Assembly (NCBI GenBank): GCA_963796315.1
Contig: CAWCLH010000019.1
Coordinates: forward strand, 144,048-208,047
Length of the DNA: 64,000 nt
Source: an uncultured Actinomycetota bacterium
Lineage (GTDB): Bacteria; Actinomycetota; Thermoleophilia; RBG-16-64-13
Reading direction: 5' to 3'
Positions 35,248 to 44,991 of this stretch are shown here, piece after piece. How positions within the stretch are numbered: position 1 is the first letter of the stretch; every line of letters starts with the position of its first letter. Position numbers and translations under genes: made by a program. The notes under the pieces are model-generated. The model was not told the origin of the DNA, ran no database searches, and was given only the letters and a program-made list of their open reading frames with translations.

Positions 35248-36810
35248 GTGGAGCATGACTCGACCGGCTACGGCGGCGGACGTCTCTCCCACGTCGACGA
35301 GCAGGGGACCGCTCGGATGGTCGACGTCGGGGGCAAGGACGCGACGCGCCGGGTGGCGCGGGCCGGAGCCCGGGTGTGGATGGCTCCGGCCACGATGCGG
35401 TTGCTGCGGGAGCAGGCCCTGCCCAAGGGGGACGTGCTGGCGGTGGCCCGGGTGGCGGGCATCATGGCGGCGAAGAAGACGTCCGAGCTGATCCCGCTCT
35501 GTCACCCCCTGGCCCTGGATCAGGTCCAGATCTCGTTCTCACCGGCTATGGACGAGCCCCGGGTGGACATCGAGTGCACCGCCCGCACCGAAGGGCGGAC
35601 CGGGGTGGAGATGGAGGCGCTGACCGGGGCCTCCGTGGCCGCCCTGACCATCTACGACATGTGCAAGGCCGTCGACCGAGAGATGGTCATCGGCGACATC
35701 CGCCTGCTGGAGAAGCGGGGCGGCAAGGAGGACTACGTGCGCGAGGAGCAGGAAGGCACCCCGGTCGTGACGCCGACCGCGTCGGTCGTCTCGGTCAACG
35801 TCAGCCCCGGCAAGGGCGAGCGGAAGAAGCCGGTCCCTTCGGTCACCTTCCGGGAGGGACACGGCATCGAGGGCGACGGCCACGCCGGGCCCTGGCACCG
35901 GCAGGTGAGCCTGCTGGCCGAGGAATCCATCGACACCATGGTGGCCAAGGGTCTGGACGTGGGACCGGGCGACTTCGCCGAGAACGTGACGACCCGAGGC
36001 ATCGAGCTCCCCAGCTTGCCCATCGGGACCCGCCTCCGCATCGGCCCCGCCCTGGTCGAGGTCACCCAGATCGGCAAGGTGTGCCACGACCGATGCGCCA
36101 TCTTCTACCAGGCGGGCGATTGCGTGATGCCGCGGGAAGGGATCTTCGTCCGGGTGTTGGAGGGTGGCCGGGTCGCCGCCGGCGCCTCCATCGCGGTGGT
36201 CGAGCTGGGGTCCGGCGAGCCGCGCGGCCGACGAGCCGGCCGCCGCGGGCGCCGTCGGCTCGTGAGCGGCATGCCTTCGGGCTGTCGCTTCGCGGCGGCC
36301 GTCGTCACCGTCAGCGACAAGGGCGCGGCCGGCATCCGACCGGACGGGTCGGGGCCGGTGCTCCGGGACCTCCTGCGCGCCGCGGGAGCCGAGGTCGGTG
36401 ACCCCCACATCGTCCCCGACGAGCAGGACCAGCTGGAGGCGCTGCTGCGTGAGTTGGCGGACAGCGGCGACGTGGACCTGGTCCTGACCACCGGCGGCAC
36501 GGGGCTGGCCCCCCGAGACCGGACGCCGGAGGCCACCCTCGCGGTGGTGGATCGGCTCGCGCCCGGGTTCGCCGAAGCCATGAGGGCGGCGTCGCTGCTG
36601 GTCACGCCTCACGCCATGCTCAGCCGAGCCGTCGCCGGGGTGCGGGGCCGCACCCTGATCATCAACCTCTCCGGGAGCCCCAAGGCGTGTCGCGAGCAGT
36701 TCGCCGTCATCGCGCCCGCGCTTCCCCACGCGGTGGAGACGGTGGCCGGTCAGGCCTACGAGTGCGCGACGCCGGCCGGCGGCTCTCCCTCCCCGGACGG
36801 GGGGACGTAG
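35248..36810 (+). CDS. MoaC - MOSC - MoaB/Mog triple-domain fusion protein
   Basis: - MoaC: [19 protein letters not shown]...ELIPLCHPL.
- Central MOSC-like segment: [17 protein letters not shown]...[18 protein letters not shown]...
- C-terminal MoaB/Mog: [13 protein letters not shown]...[15 protein letters not shown]. Confidence 0.8.
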   Translation: MEHDSTGYGGGRLSHVDEQGTARMVDVGGKDATRRVARAGARVWMAPATMRLLREQALPKGDVLAVARVAGIMAAKKTSELIPLCHPLALDQVQISFSPAMDEPRVDIECTARTEGRTGVEMEALTGASVAALTIYDMCKAVDREMVIGDIRLLEKRGGKEDYVREEQEGTPVVTPTASVVSVNVSPGKGERKKPVPSVTFREGHGIEGDGHAGPWHRQVSLLAEESIDTMVAKGLDVGPGDFAENVTTRGIELPSLPIGTRLRIGPALVEVTQIGKVCHDRCAIFYQAGDCVMPREGIFVRVLEGGRVAAGASIAVVELGSGEPRGRRAGRRGRRRLVSGMPSGCRFAAAVVTVSDKGAAGIRPDGSGPVLRDLLRAAGAEVGDPHIVPDEQDQLEALLRELADSGDVDLVLTTGGTGLAPRDRTPEATLAVVDRLAPGFAEAMRAASLLVTPHAMLSRAVAGVRGRTLIINLSGSPKACREQFAVIAPALPHAVETVAGQAYECATPAGGSPSPDGGT

Positions 36811-36945
36811 GAGGACCGGCGGAGCCGAGGCGTTGGGTCCGACCGACGGCGCGCATCGGCCCTTCGGCTCGGCGCGCGGCTTTGTTCCCCCGCTCGGCGT
36901 GGCGGTCCCCCAGGGGTTCGTGGGGCCCGGGCGGATGCGGTCAAC

Positions 36946-36954
36946 TGGTATACT
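36946..36954 (+). promoter_or_regulatory. candidate extended -10 promoter (TGgTATACT) for the ccsA-hem operon
   Basis: TG at 36946-36947 and TATACT at 36949-36954, about 70 nt upstream of ATG 37027. Followed by the hairpin CCGCCG-cgtt-CGGCGG. Confidence 0.3.
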
Positions 36955-37026
36955 TCCGCCGCGTTCGGCGGCCGTCCGGCCTCGCCGCCGGCCGCCGGCC
37001 CGGCTGTCTTTCGAGGGAACGGTCTG

Positions 37027-38067
37027 ATGCTCGAGCAGGTCTTCATCGGCGTGACGCTGTTCGCCTTCCTGGCGGTGGCCGTGCTGCTTGCCGTGGCGCT
37101 CTCGTACCGGCGTTCCCCGTTCGAGTCCTTGGCCCACGTCGTCCTGGCGTGCGGCTTCGTCGCGTTGACCGCGGCGATCGTGACCCGCTGGGTCGTGGCC
37201 GGCCGTCCGCCGCTGGCCGACCTCTACGAGACGCTGGTCTTCCTCGCCTGGGGGACGACCCTGCTGTTCATCGCGGTCGAGCGGCTCTACCACGTCCCCG
37301 CGGCCGGGCTCATCCTGGTGCCGGTCTCCTTCTTCCTGGTGGCGGTGGCGGCCGTGATCTACGAAGGCCCTCGCAGCCTGATCGACGAGCTGCAGAGCTA
37401 CTGGCTGGCCATCCACGTCGGGGTGAGCCTCATGGGGTACGCGGCGTTCGCGTTGGCCTTCGCCACCGGGTTCTTCTACGTGGTGCAGGAGGACCTCGTC
37501 CGGAAGCGGTACGCGCAGGTCCGCCGGCTGATCATGGGCCTCGTCGTCGCCCTGGGCACCGGGTTGGGGGCGTACATCGGCTATCTGGTGGCCGACCCCA
37601 CGCTCTTCGAGGACGCGGCCGGACACCGGGTCTACGCCTACGCGCGCTCCGACTGGATGCTGATCGCCATCGGCGCCATCGTCGGGCTGACCGCCTCGGT
37701 GTTCTTGGGGTGGATCGCCGCCCGGGGAGCGTCCCGCCCCAGCTTCGCCAACCGACTGCCGGCGCTTTCCCTGCTCGACCGGCTGAGCTTCCGCAGCGTG
37801 CTGCTCGGCTTGGGGCTTCTGGCCCTCAGCATCGTCAGCGGAGCCGTCTGGTCGCGGCAGGCGTGGGGGCAGTGGTGGGCGTGGGACCCGAAACAGACCT
37901 GGGCGGCGATCGCCTTCTGCTTCTATGGCGGCTACCTGGCCCTCCGGGAGTGGGCCAATTGGAGGGGCCGCCACTCGGCCATGCTGGCCATGGTCGGCCT
38001 CTTTCTGATCCTGTTCACCTTCCTGGGGGTCAAGCTCCTCGTCCCCGGCCAGCATGACTTCAACTAG
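37027..38067 (+). CDS. cytochrome c assembly protein, CcsA/ResC/HemX family
   Basis: 346 aa and polytopic. Carries the Trp-rich haem-handling motif WGQWWAWDPKQTWA. It leads the hem operon in the same way as Bacillus hemX. Confidence 0.8.
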   Translation: MLEQVFIGVTLFAFLAVAVLLAVALSYRRSPFESLAHVVLACGFVALTAAIVTRWVVAGRPPLADLYETLVFLAWGTTLLFIAVERLYHVPAAGLILVPVSFFLVAVAAVIYEGPRSLIDELQSYWLAIHVGVSLMGYAAFALAFATGFFYVVQEDLVRKRYAQVRRLIMGLVVALGTGLGAYIGYLVADPTLFEDAAGHRVYAYARSDWMLIAIGAIVGLTASVFLGWIAARGASRPSFANRLPALSLLDRLSFRSVLLGLGLLALSIVSGAVWSRQAWGQWWAWDPKQTWAAIAFCFYGGYLALREWANWRGRHSAMLAMVGLFLILFTFLGVKLLVPGQHDFN

Positions 38068-38725
38068 CGAGACAGAGGACACCCACGCCCTCTACCCGCT
38101 CGCCCTTCGGTTGAGCGGCCGGTCTTGCCTGGTCGTGGGCGGAGGATCGGTGGCGGCGAGGAAGACGGCCTCGCTGCTCGAGGCCGGCGCGCGGCTGCGG
38201 GTGGTCGCGCCCGAACTCGGGCCCGAACTGGCGGCGGATCCCGGACTGGGGGCCCGCTGGGGATGGCTGGAGCGGCCGTTCCTGAGCGAGGACGTCGACG
38301 GCTGCCTCTTGGTCGTCGCGGCCACCGACGACCGGGAGACCAACCGGCGGGTCGCCGAGGCTGCACGGGCGGCCGGGGCGCTGGCCAACGTCGTGGACGA
38401 CCCCGACGGGTCCGATTTCCACGTGCCCTCGGTCGTCCAGCGCGGCTCCCTCCAGTTGACCGTCTCCACCGGCGGCCGGGCGCCCTCCGTCTCCGCCCGT
38501 CTGCGTCGCCGCTTGGAGGAGGACTTCCCGCCCGTCTGGGCCGAGGTCGTGCGCGAGTTCGGGCGGGCGCGGGACGTGGCCCGCTCCGCCGGACTGGACC
38601 AGGCCTCGCGGCGGCAGCTCTCGCGGGCCCTGGCCGACCTGGACGTGGAGCGGCTGTTGTCGGAAGGCGGCCTGAACCGAGTCAAGGAAGCGGTGCGGGC
38701 ATGCACATCGCCGTACTCGGCGTAA
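38054..38725 (+). CDS. precorrin-2 dehydrogenase / sirohydrochlorin ferrochelatase (SirC / CysG N-domain-like)
   Basis: 223 aa with the Rossmann motif CLVVGGGSVAARKTASLLEAGARLRVVAPE. Confidence 0.8.
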   Translation: MTSTSETEDTHALYPLALRLSGRSCLVVGGGSVAARKTASLLEAGARLRVVAPELGPELAADPGLGARWGWLERPFLSEDVDGCLLVVAATDDRETNRRVAEAARAAGALANVVDDPDGSDFHVPSVVQRGSLQLTVSTGGRAPSVSARLRRRLEEDFPPVWAEVVREFGRARDVARSAGLDQASRRQLSRALADLDVERLLSEGGLNRVKEAVRACTSPYSA

Positions 38726-40023
38726 ACCACAAGACCGCATGTATCGAGGTCAGGGAGCAGGTCGCCCTGACGGACGACGGCTGCCGCGACCTCGTCCGAG
38801 AGCTGACGGCGCAGCCCGGGGTCCACGAGGCCGTGGCGGTCAGCACGTGCAATCGCACCGAGCTGTACGTGGCCGGCTCGGACCTCCCCCTCGATGAGCT
38901 CGCGGTCGCCGGCCTCTGCAGCGCGACCGAGACCTGTCGCAGCGAGCTGCTCGACAGCACGTACTACCTGGAGGACCGGGAGGCCGTCCGGCACCTCTTC
39001 ACCGTGGCCAGCTCGCTGGACTCGATGGTCCTGGGCGAGGCCCAGATCCTCCACCAGCTGAAGACCTCCTACGGGCTGGCGGAGCAGGCGGGGGCGACGG
39101 GCACGGTCCTCAACAAGCTGCTGCGCCGTTCGTTCGAGGTGGGGAAGCGGGTCCGCACGGAGACGAAGATCGGTGAGAGCTCCCTGTCCATCGCGTCGGT
39201 GTCCGTGGACCTCGCCCGGAACGTCTTCGGCGAGCTGGGCGACCGCGTGGTCCTGGTCATCGGCGCGGGGGAGATGGCCGAGCTTGTGGTCACTCACCTC
39301 CAAGGCCACGGCATCCGCCGGATCATGGTCGCCAACCGCACGTTCGAGCGCGCCGTGGAGCTGGCCGCCCGGTTCGGCGGCGAGGCCGTCCCCTACGAGG
39401 GACTGGAAGACCACTTGACCCAGGCGGACATCGTCATCAGCTCGACTGCGGCGCAGGAGCCCATCATCCGCAAGGCGGACATGGACCGGGCCATGCGCCG
39501 GCGCAAGAATCGGCCCGTCTTCCTGATCGACATCGCCGTCCCGCGAGACATCGCCGCCGACGTCAGCAAGGTCTACAACGCCTACCTCTACGACATCGAC
39601 GACCTGCAGGACGTGGTGGCCTCCAACCTGGACGACCGGCAGCGCGAGGCGGTCGTCGCGCGCGAGATCGTGATGCAGGAGGTGGACCTGTTCGAGGAGT
39701 GGCTGAAGAGCCTCTCGGTCGTCCCCACGTTGGTCTCCTTCCGGGAGTGGGCCACGGCGGTCAAGGACGAGGAGCTGGAGAAGTACCTCGCCAAGATGCC
39801 GGAGCTCACCGAGGACCAGCGCAAGAAGATCGGCGCCCTGGCCCACTCCCTGGTCAACAAGTTCCTGCATCCGCCCACGGTCCGGATCAAGGAGATGGCG
39901 ACCGACGCCGAGGGGTACCGCTACGCGGAATCCCTGCAGGTCCTGTTCGACCTGGGCGCGGACGACCTCGACAAGACGCCGGCCATCGACCCGTCCATGC
40001 CGGCGGCCACCCGCCGCGACTAG
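38701..40023 (+). CDS. hemA: glutamyl-tRNA reductase
   Basis: MHIAVLGVNHKTACIEVREQVAL, catalytic-region STCNRTELY, and NAD site VLVIGAGEMAELV. Confidence 0.93.
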   Translation: MHIAVLGVNHKTACIEVREQVALTDDGCRDLVRELTAQPGVHEAVAVSTCNRTELYVAGSDLPLDELAVAGLCSATETCRSELLDSTYYLEDREAVRHLFTVASSLDSMVLGEAQILHQLKTSYGLAEQAGATGTVLNKLLRRSFEVGKRVRTETKIGESSLSIASVSVDLARNVFGELGDRVVLVIGAGEMAELVVTHLQGHGIRRIMVANRTFERAVELAARFGGEAVPYEGLEDHLTQADIVISSTAAQEPIIRKADMDRAMRRRKNRPVFLIDIAVPRDIAADVSKVYNAYLYDIDDLQDVVASNLDDRQREAVVAREIVMQEVDLFEEWLKSLSVVPTLVSFREWATAVKDEELEKYLAKMPELTEDQRKKIGALAHSLVNKFLHPPTVRIKEMATDAEGYRYAESLQVLFDLGADDLDKTPAIDPSMPAATRRD

Positions 40024-40039
40024 CCCAAGGAGCCCGGCC

Positions 40040-41000
40040 ATCGACCAGCGACAGATCGTCATCGGTTCCCGCAAGAGTCCCCTGGCCATGACGCAGACCC
40101 ACCTGGTGCGGGACCTGCTGTTGAGCCTAGACCCCACGATCGAGGTCCGTGTCGAGCAGATCGTGACCTCCGGAGACAAGATCCTCGACTCGCCGCTGTC
40201 CCGCATCGGCGACCGCGGGCTGTTCGTCAAGGAGATCGAGCAGGCCCTGCTCGACGGCAGCATCGACCTGGCGGTCCACAGCGCCAAGGACGTCCCCACC
40301 GAACTGCCGCCCGGCCTCTCCCTGCTGGCGTTCCCCGAGCGGGAGGACCCCAGCGACGTGTTCGTCGGCCGCCTGAGCGGCCCCGCACGAGCTGGGGGCG
40401 GGACGGGTGATCGGTACCAGCAGTCTCCGGCGCCGCTCGCAGCTCTTGGCGGTCTACCCCGGTCTGGAGACGGTGGACATCCGCGGCAACGTCGAGACCC
40501 GCATCCGCAAGATCGAGGAGGAGGGGTTGGACGGCACCATCTTGGCGGCGGCCGGTCTTCGCCGGCTCGGCCGTCCACAGGACGCCGCGTTCGTCTTCCC
40601 GCTGGAGGTCATGGTCAGCGCCGTGGGGCAGGGGTCTCTGGCCCTGGAAGGCCGGGACGACGACGCGGTGGTCGGCCCGCTCCTCGCGGCGCTCGACCAC
40701 GCGCCCACCCGGACCGCGGTCCTGGCCGAGCGCGCCTTGATGCGTCGTCTGGAAGGGGGCTGCCAGGTACCCATCGGTGCCCGAGGGGTGCTGGAGGACG
40801 GGCGGCTGCGTCTGGTCGCCTACATCGGCAGCGTGGACGGCACCAAGCACGTGCGCATGGAACGCGTGGGTCCGGCGGCCGACCCCGAGGCTCTGGGGGA
40901 AGCCCTGGCAGAGGTCATGCTCGCCGCCGGCGGCGACGAGATCCTACAAGCGGTGAGGGGAGGGACCTCGTGGGGCGATCCGAACCCGAGTCTGACGTGA
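40040..41000 (+). CDS. hemC: hydroxymethylbilane synthase (porphobilinogen deaminase) HemC; +1 frame change at about 40381-40384 and non-canonical start as assembled
   Basis: - The conserved N-terminus IVIGSRKSPLAMTQT lies upstream of the first ATG (40088).
- AAGGAG at 40027-40032 precedes ATC 40040.
- The first frame is lost after DVFVGRLSG at a C4 run.
- The next frame continues ELGAGRVIGTSSLRRRSQLL...GGCQVPIG. Confidence 0.85.
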
Positions 41001-42568
41001 GCTCGGCGGCTCCGGGGCCCTACCGGCCGCCGCGCGTCTTCCTGGTGGGCGCGGGACCGGGCGACCCGGACCTGATCGCGGTCCGGGGACTGCGGCTCTT
41101 GCAGACGGCCGACGTCGTCCTCTACGACCGGTTGGTCGACCCCAGCCTGCTCGAGCACGCGCCGGCGGGCGCGGAGCTCATCTACGTGGGCAAGCGGACC
41201 GCCGAGCACACCCTGCCTCAGGACGAGATCAACCGGCTGATCGTGGAGCACGCCCGTCGGGGCAAGCTGGTCGTCCGGCTGAAGGGAGGCGACCCCTACG
41301 TCTTCGGGCGGGGCGGCGAAGAGGGAGCCACGCTGCACGAGGCCGGCATCCCCTTCGAGGTGGTCCCGGGCATCACCGCCGGCATCGGTGCGACGGCGTA
41401 CGCGGGCATCCCGGTGACCTACCGGGGCATCACCTCGCACGTCACGTTCGTCACCGGTCACGAGGATCCGTTGAAAGACTCGGCCCAGCTCGATTGGGAC
41501 AAGTTGGCCTCGGGGGTCGGCACCCTGGTCATGTACATGGGCGTGAAGAACCTGCCCAACGTGGTGGCGAAGCTGATGGACCGCGGCCGCCCCGCGGACA
41601 CGCCGGTGGCGCTGGTCCGCTACGGCACGCTGCCCAGCCAGCAGTCGGTGGTCGGCACCCTGGCGGACATCGTCGAGAAGGTGGCCGCCGCGAAGCTGCG
41701 GCCACCGGCCATCACCGTGGTGGGCGACGTGGTGGGCCTGCGGGAGCGGCTTTCCTGGTTCGAGGAGCGCCCTCTCTTCGGCCGCCGCGTGGTGGTCACC
41801 CGCCCCCGCGGGCAGGCGGGCCCGCAGATCCAGGCGCTTCGCGACCTGGGGGCGGAGGTGGTCGCTTTTCCCACCATCCGGATCCAGCCGGTCACCGACA
41901 CGCCGGAGATCGACGCCATGATCGGCGCCCTGGCGGACTACCGGCTGGTGGTCTTCACCAGCGTCAACGGGGTCGAGTGCTTCTTCGATCGACTCCGGGC
42001 CGCCGGCCTGGACGTCCGTCGACTCCATGCGGCCACCGTGGCGGCGGTCGGACCGAAGACCGCGGCCGCCTGCCGAAAGCACGGCCTCCTGCCCGATGTG
42101 GTCCCCGACACGTTCGTGGCCGAAGGGGTGCTCGAAGCCCTCTCCGGGTTCGATCTCGCCGGCGCGCGCGTGCTCCTACCGGTCGCGCGGGAAGCCCGGG
42201 CGCTCCTGCCGCAGGCCTTCTCCGCGGCGGGGGCCACGGTGGACGCGGTGCCGCTCTACGATACGCTGCTCGACGACCGGGACGCGGACGAGATCGAGGC
42301 GGTGCTGGACGCCGACTTCGTCACGTTCACGTCGAGCTCGACCGTCGAGCACTTCGCCGCCCTGCTGCGCCGGGAAGGGCACGAATCGGAGTTGACGCGC
42401 GTGCGTGCCGTGTCGATCGGCCCGCTGACCACCGAGAGCGTCCGCGCCCTCGGGATGGACCTGGTGCTCGAGGCCGAGGAGTACACCGTGGAGGGGATGG
42501 TGTCCGCGCTGGCGGCGCACTGCCTGGTCACGAGCAGCGGCCCAGACGTAGGGACCTGCATCGCTGAT
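40997..42568 (+). CDS. uroporphyrinogen-III C-methyltransferase (CobA/SUMT) fused to uroporphyrinogen-III synthase (HemD); 3' end uncertain
   Basis: - GTG 40997 overlaps the hemC stop.
- SUMT: VFLVGAGPGDPDLIAVRGLRLLQTADVVLYD...GGDPYVFGRGGEE.
- HemD: LFGRRVVVTRPRGQAG...
- As assembled, the frame runs into hemB without a stop. Both other frames stop at about 42548-42568. Confidence 0.8.
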
Positions 42569-42596
42569 ATACTGCCTGCACCCGTGGGGGTGCAGG
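42565..42596 (+). promoter_or_regulatory. TGaTATACT extended -10-like element followed by a 9-bp stem-loop, between the HemD and HemB coding parts
   Basis: TG at 42565-42566, TATACT at 42568-42573, and hairpin CCTGCACCC-gtgg-GGGTGCAGG at 42575-42596. Confidence 0.3.
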
Positions 42597-42652
42597 ACCC
42601 GGCCCCGTGCCCTTGTGAGCGGATGCGCAACATCTCTGGAGGCGTACAGACC

Positions 42653-43714
42653 ATGTACTTCCCTCAATACCGGCCACGCCGGATGCGTCAGACAGATACC
42701 CTCCGGTCCATGGTCCGCGAGACCCATCTTCATCCCCACGTCCTCGTCTACCCTCTGTTCGTCATCCACGGCGAGGACGTCAAGAACCCGGTGCGGTCGA
42801 TGCCCGGCGTGTATCAGCTCTCCATCAACAACCTCATCGAAGAGGCCAAGGAAGTCTTCGCCCTGGGCGTCCGCACCGTCCTGCTCTTCGGGATCCCCAG
42901 CGTCAAGGACTCGGTGGGCTCCGGAGCCTACGATCCGGAGGGCGTCGTTCAGATGGCCATCCGGGCGCTGAAGGAGCAGGTGCCCGGCCTGACGATCATC
43001 GCCGACGTGTGCATGTGTGAGTACACCGACCACGGGCACTGCGGCATCGTCAAGGGCGGGTGCATCGACAACGACCTGACCCTGGAGCTCTTGGCGAAGA
43101 GCTCGGTCAGCTTCGCCGAAGCGGGCGTCGACGTCGTGGCCCCGTCCGACATGATGGACGGGCGGATCTCGGCCATCCGCTCCGCGCTCGACCAGGACGG
43201 GTTCAGCAACGTGCCCATCTTCTCCTACAGCACCAAGTACGCGTCCACCTTCTACGGCCCTTTCCGCGACGCCGCCGAGTCGCCTCCGGCCTTCGGCGAC
43301 CGCCGCTCCTACCAGATGGACCCGGCCAACTCGGACGAAGGACTGCGCGAAGCGCTCATGGACATCGAAGAGGGCGCGGACATGGTCATGGTCAAACCCG
43401 CCCTGCCGTACCTGGACGTGATCTACCGGCTGAAGAGCGAGACGCGGTTCCCGGTGGCCGCCTACAACGTCAGCGGCGAGTACGCCATGATCAAGGCCGC
43501 GGCAGCTGCGGGGTGGTTGGACGAGAAGGCGGCGGTGATGGAAGCGCTCCTGTCGATCAAGCGTGCGGGTGCCGACCTGATCATCACCTATCACGCCAAG
43601 GACGCGGCCCGCTGGATGGCGGAACGGATGTTGGGAAAGGCGGAGGCGGGACTGTCGCCGGAGTCCGCCGCCTCCCTGTCCGGCACGCAGACGGTGATGC
43701 CGCATGAGGTCTGA
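42653..43714 (+). CDS. hemB: porphobilinogen synthase (delta-aminolevulinate dehydratase)
   Basis: GGAGG lies 9 nt upstream of ATG 42653. MYFPQYRPRRMRQ, Zn-type site DVCMCEYTDHGHCG, and active-site region MVKPALPYLD. Confidence 0.92.
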   Translation: MYFPQYRPRRMRQTDTLRSMVRETHLHPHVLVYPLFVIHGEDVKNPVRSMPGVYQLSINNLIEEAKEVFALGVRTVLLFGIPSVKDSVGSGAYDPEGVVQMAIRALKEQVPGLTIIADVCMCEYTDHGHCGIVKGGCIDNDLTLELLAKSSVSFAEAGVDVVAPSDMMDGRISAIRSALDQDGFSNVPIFSYSTKYASTFYGPFRDAAESPPAFGDRRSYQMDPANSDEGLREALMDIEEGADMVMVKPALPYLDVIYRLKSETRFPVAAYNVSGEYAMIKAAAAAGWLDEKAAVMEALLSIKRAGADLIITYHAKDAARWMAERMLGKAEAGLSPESAASLSGTQTVMPHEV

Positions 43715-43716
43715 TC

Positions 43717-44892
43717 ATGGGGTCTGAGTCTGAGATGATGCCTACCGGTCCCGAGCCGGTCGGCGAAAGCCGGCCCGCCGTCGAGTACCTGCCGAAGCTG
43801 ATCGCCTGGGAGGTGACCCGCTCCTGCAACCTCGCCTGCCGGCACTGCCGGGCTTCGGCGGAGAAGGGTCCCTACCCGGGAGAGCTCACCACCGAGCAGG
43901 GTAAGGCCCTGCTGGACGACATCGCCTCGTTCGCCAACCCGGTGCTGATCATGACCGGCGGCGACCCTTTGATGCGCGCGGACATCTGGGAGCTCGCCGA
44001 GCACGGCATCAACGAGGCCGGCCTGCGTGTGGTGATGTCTCCCAACGGCACCTTGGTCACCCCCGAGGTCGCCCGGAAGATGAAGCAGATCGGCATCCCC
44101 CGCATCTCCATCTCCATCGACTTCCCCACCGCCGAGCTGCACGACGCGTTCCGCGGCGTGCCGGGCGCCTTCGAGGGCGCCGTGCGCGGGGTGCGTCACG
44201 CCATCGAGGCCGGCGTGCAGGTCCAGATCAACGCCACCATCACCAAGTTGAACGTGGACTACCTGGACGAACTGCTCGCGCTCTCCGTGGAGCTGGGCGC
44301 AGTGGCCTTCCACCCGTTCCTGCTGGTCCCCACCGGTCGCGGGAAGGAACTGGGTCCCGAGGAGCTGCCGCCGGAAGACTACGAGCGCACCCTGAACTGG
44401 GTCTACGACCGCCAGAAGACCTCGGACATCTTCTTCAAGCCTACCGACGCTCCGCACTACCATCGCATCATGCGTCAGCGGGCCAAGGAGGACGGCACCG
44501 ACCTGTCCGAGCTGAAGATGCATCCCCACTCGCACGCCATGATGACCGGGGGCGTCGGTAAGGCCCGCGGCCACGGAGACATGGACTCCCACTCGAAGGG
44601 GTGCCTGGCCGGTACCGGCTTCTGCTTCATCAGCCACGTCGGGCGAGTCCAGCCGTGCGGCTACTTCGACGTGGAGGCAGGCGACGTCAAGACGCAGCCC
44701 TTCTCGGAGATCTGGCGCACGTCGCCCCTCTTCCAGGACCTGCGCGACGTCTCCCTGCTCAAGGGGAAATGTGGGTACTGTGAGTACCGCAGGGTCTGCG
44801 GCGGCTGCCGGGCCAGGGCCTACGAGGTCACCGGCGACTACCTGGCGGAGGAGCCGTACTGCATGTACGAGCCGGTCCGCTGCGCCGTCTGA
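43717..44892 (+). CDS. radical SAM/SPASM protein, AhbD/NirJ-like (candidate haem synthase of the sirohaem-dependent route)
   Basis: 391 aa. The CNLACRHC radical SAM site, GGDPLMR, and a C-terminal Cys-rich SPASM-like CGYCEYRRVCGGCRARAY. Last gene of the hem cluster. Confidence 0.6.
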   Translation: MGSESEMMPTGPEPVGESRPAVEYLPKLIAWEVTRSCNLACRHCRASAEKGPYPGELTTEQGKALLDDIASFANPVLIMTGGDPLMRADIWELAEHGINEAGLRVVMSPNGTLVTPEVARKMKQIGIPRISISIDFPTAELHDAFRGVPGAFEGAVRGVRHAIEAGVQVQINATITKLNVDYLDELLALSVELGAVAFHPFLLVPTGRGKELGPEELPPEDYERTLNWVYDRQKTSDIFFKPTDAPHYHRIMRQRAKEDGTDLSELKMHPHSHAMMTGGVGKARGHGDMDSHSKGCLAGTGFCFISHVGRVQPCGYFDVEAGDVKTQPFSEIWRTSPLFQDLRDVSLLKGKCGYCEYRRVCGGCRARAYEVTGDYLAEEPYCMYEPVRCAV

Positions 44893-44991
44893 GGAGCACT
44901 GAGTCCGCAAAGAGCGGAAAACGCAACTCGGGGTGGTTTGCCGCCCGCGAAGTCCGGTAGACTGAGGGAGCACGAACCAGTGAGAGGTGGC

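Noticed and set aside
40088-43714. A 1208-aa plus-strand ORF suggesting a giant HemC-CobA-HemD-HemB polyprotein
   Set aside because: The hemC part leaves this frame at about 40381 and ends at 41000 in another frame. cobA-hemD starts at GTG 40997, and hemB has its own RBS and ATG at 42653. Only the HemD/HemB junction remains ambiguous, and that is reported separately.
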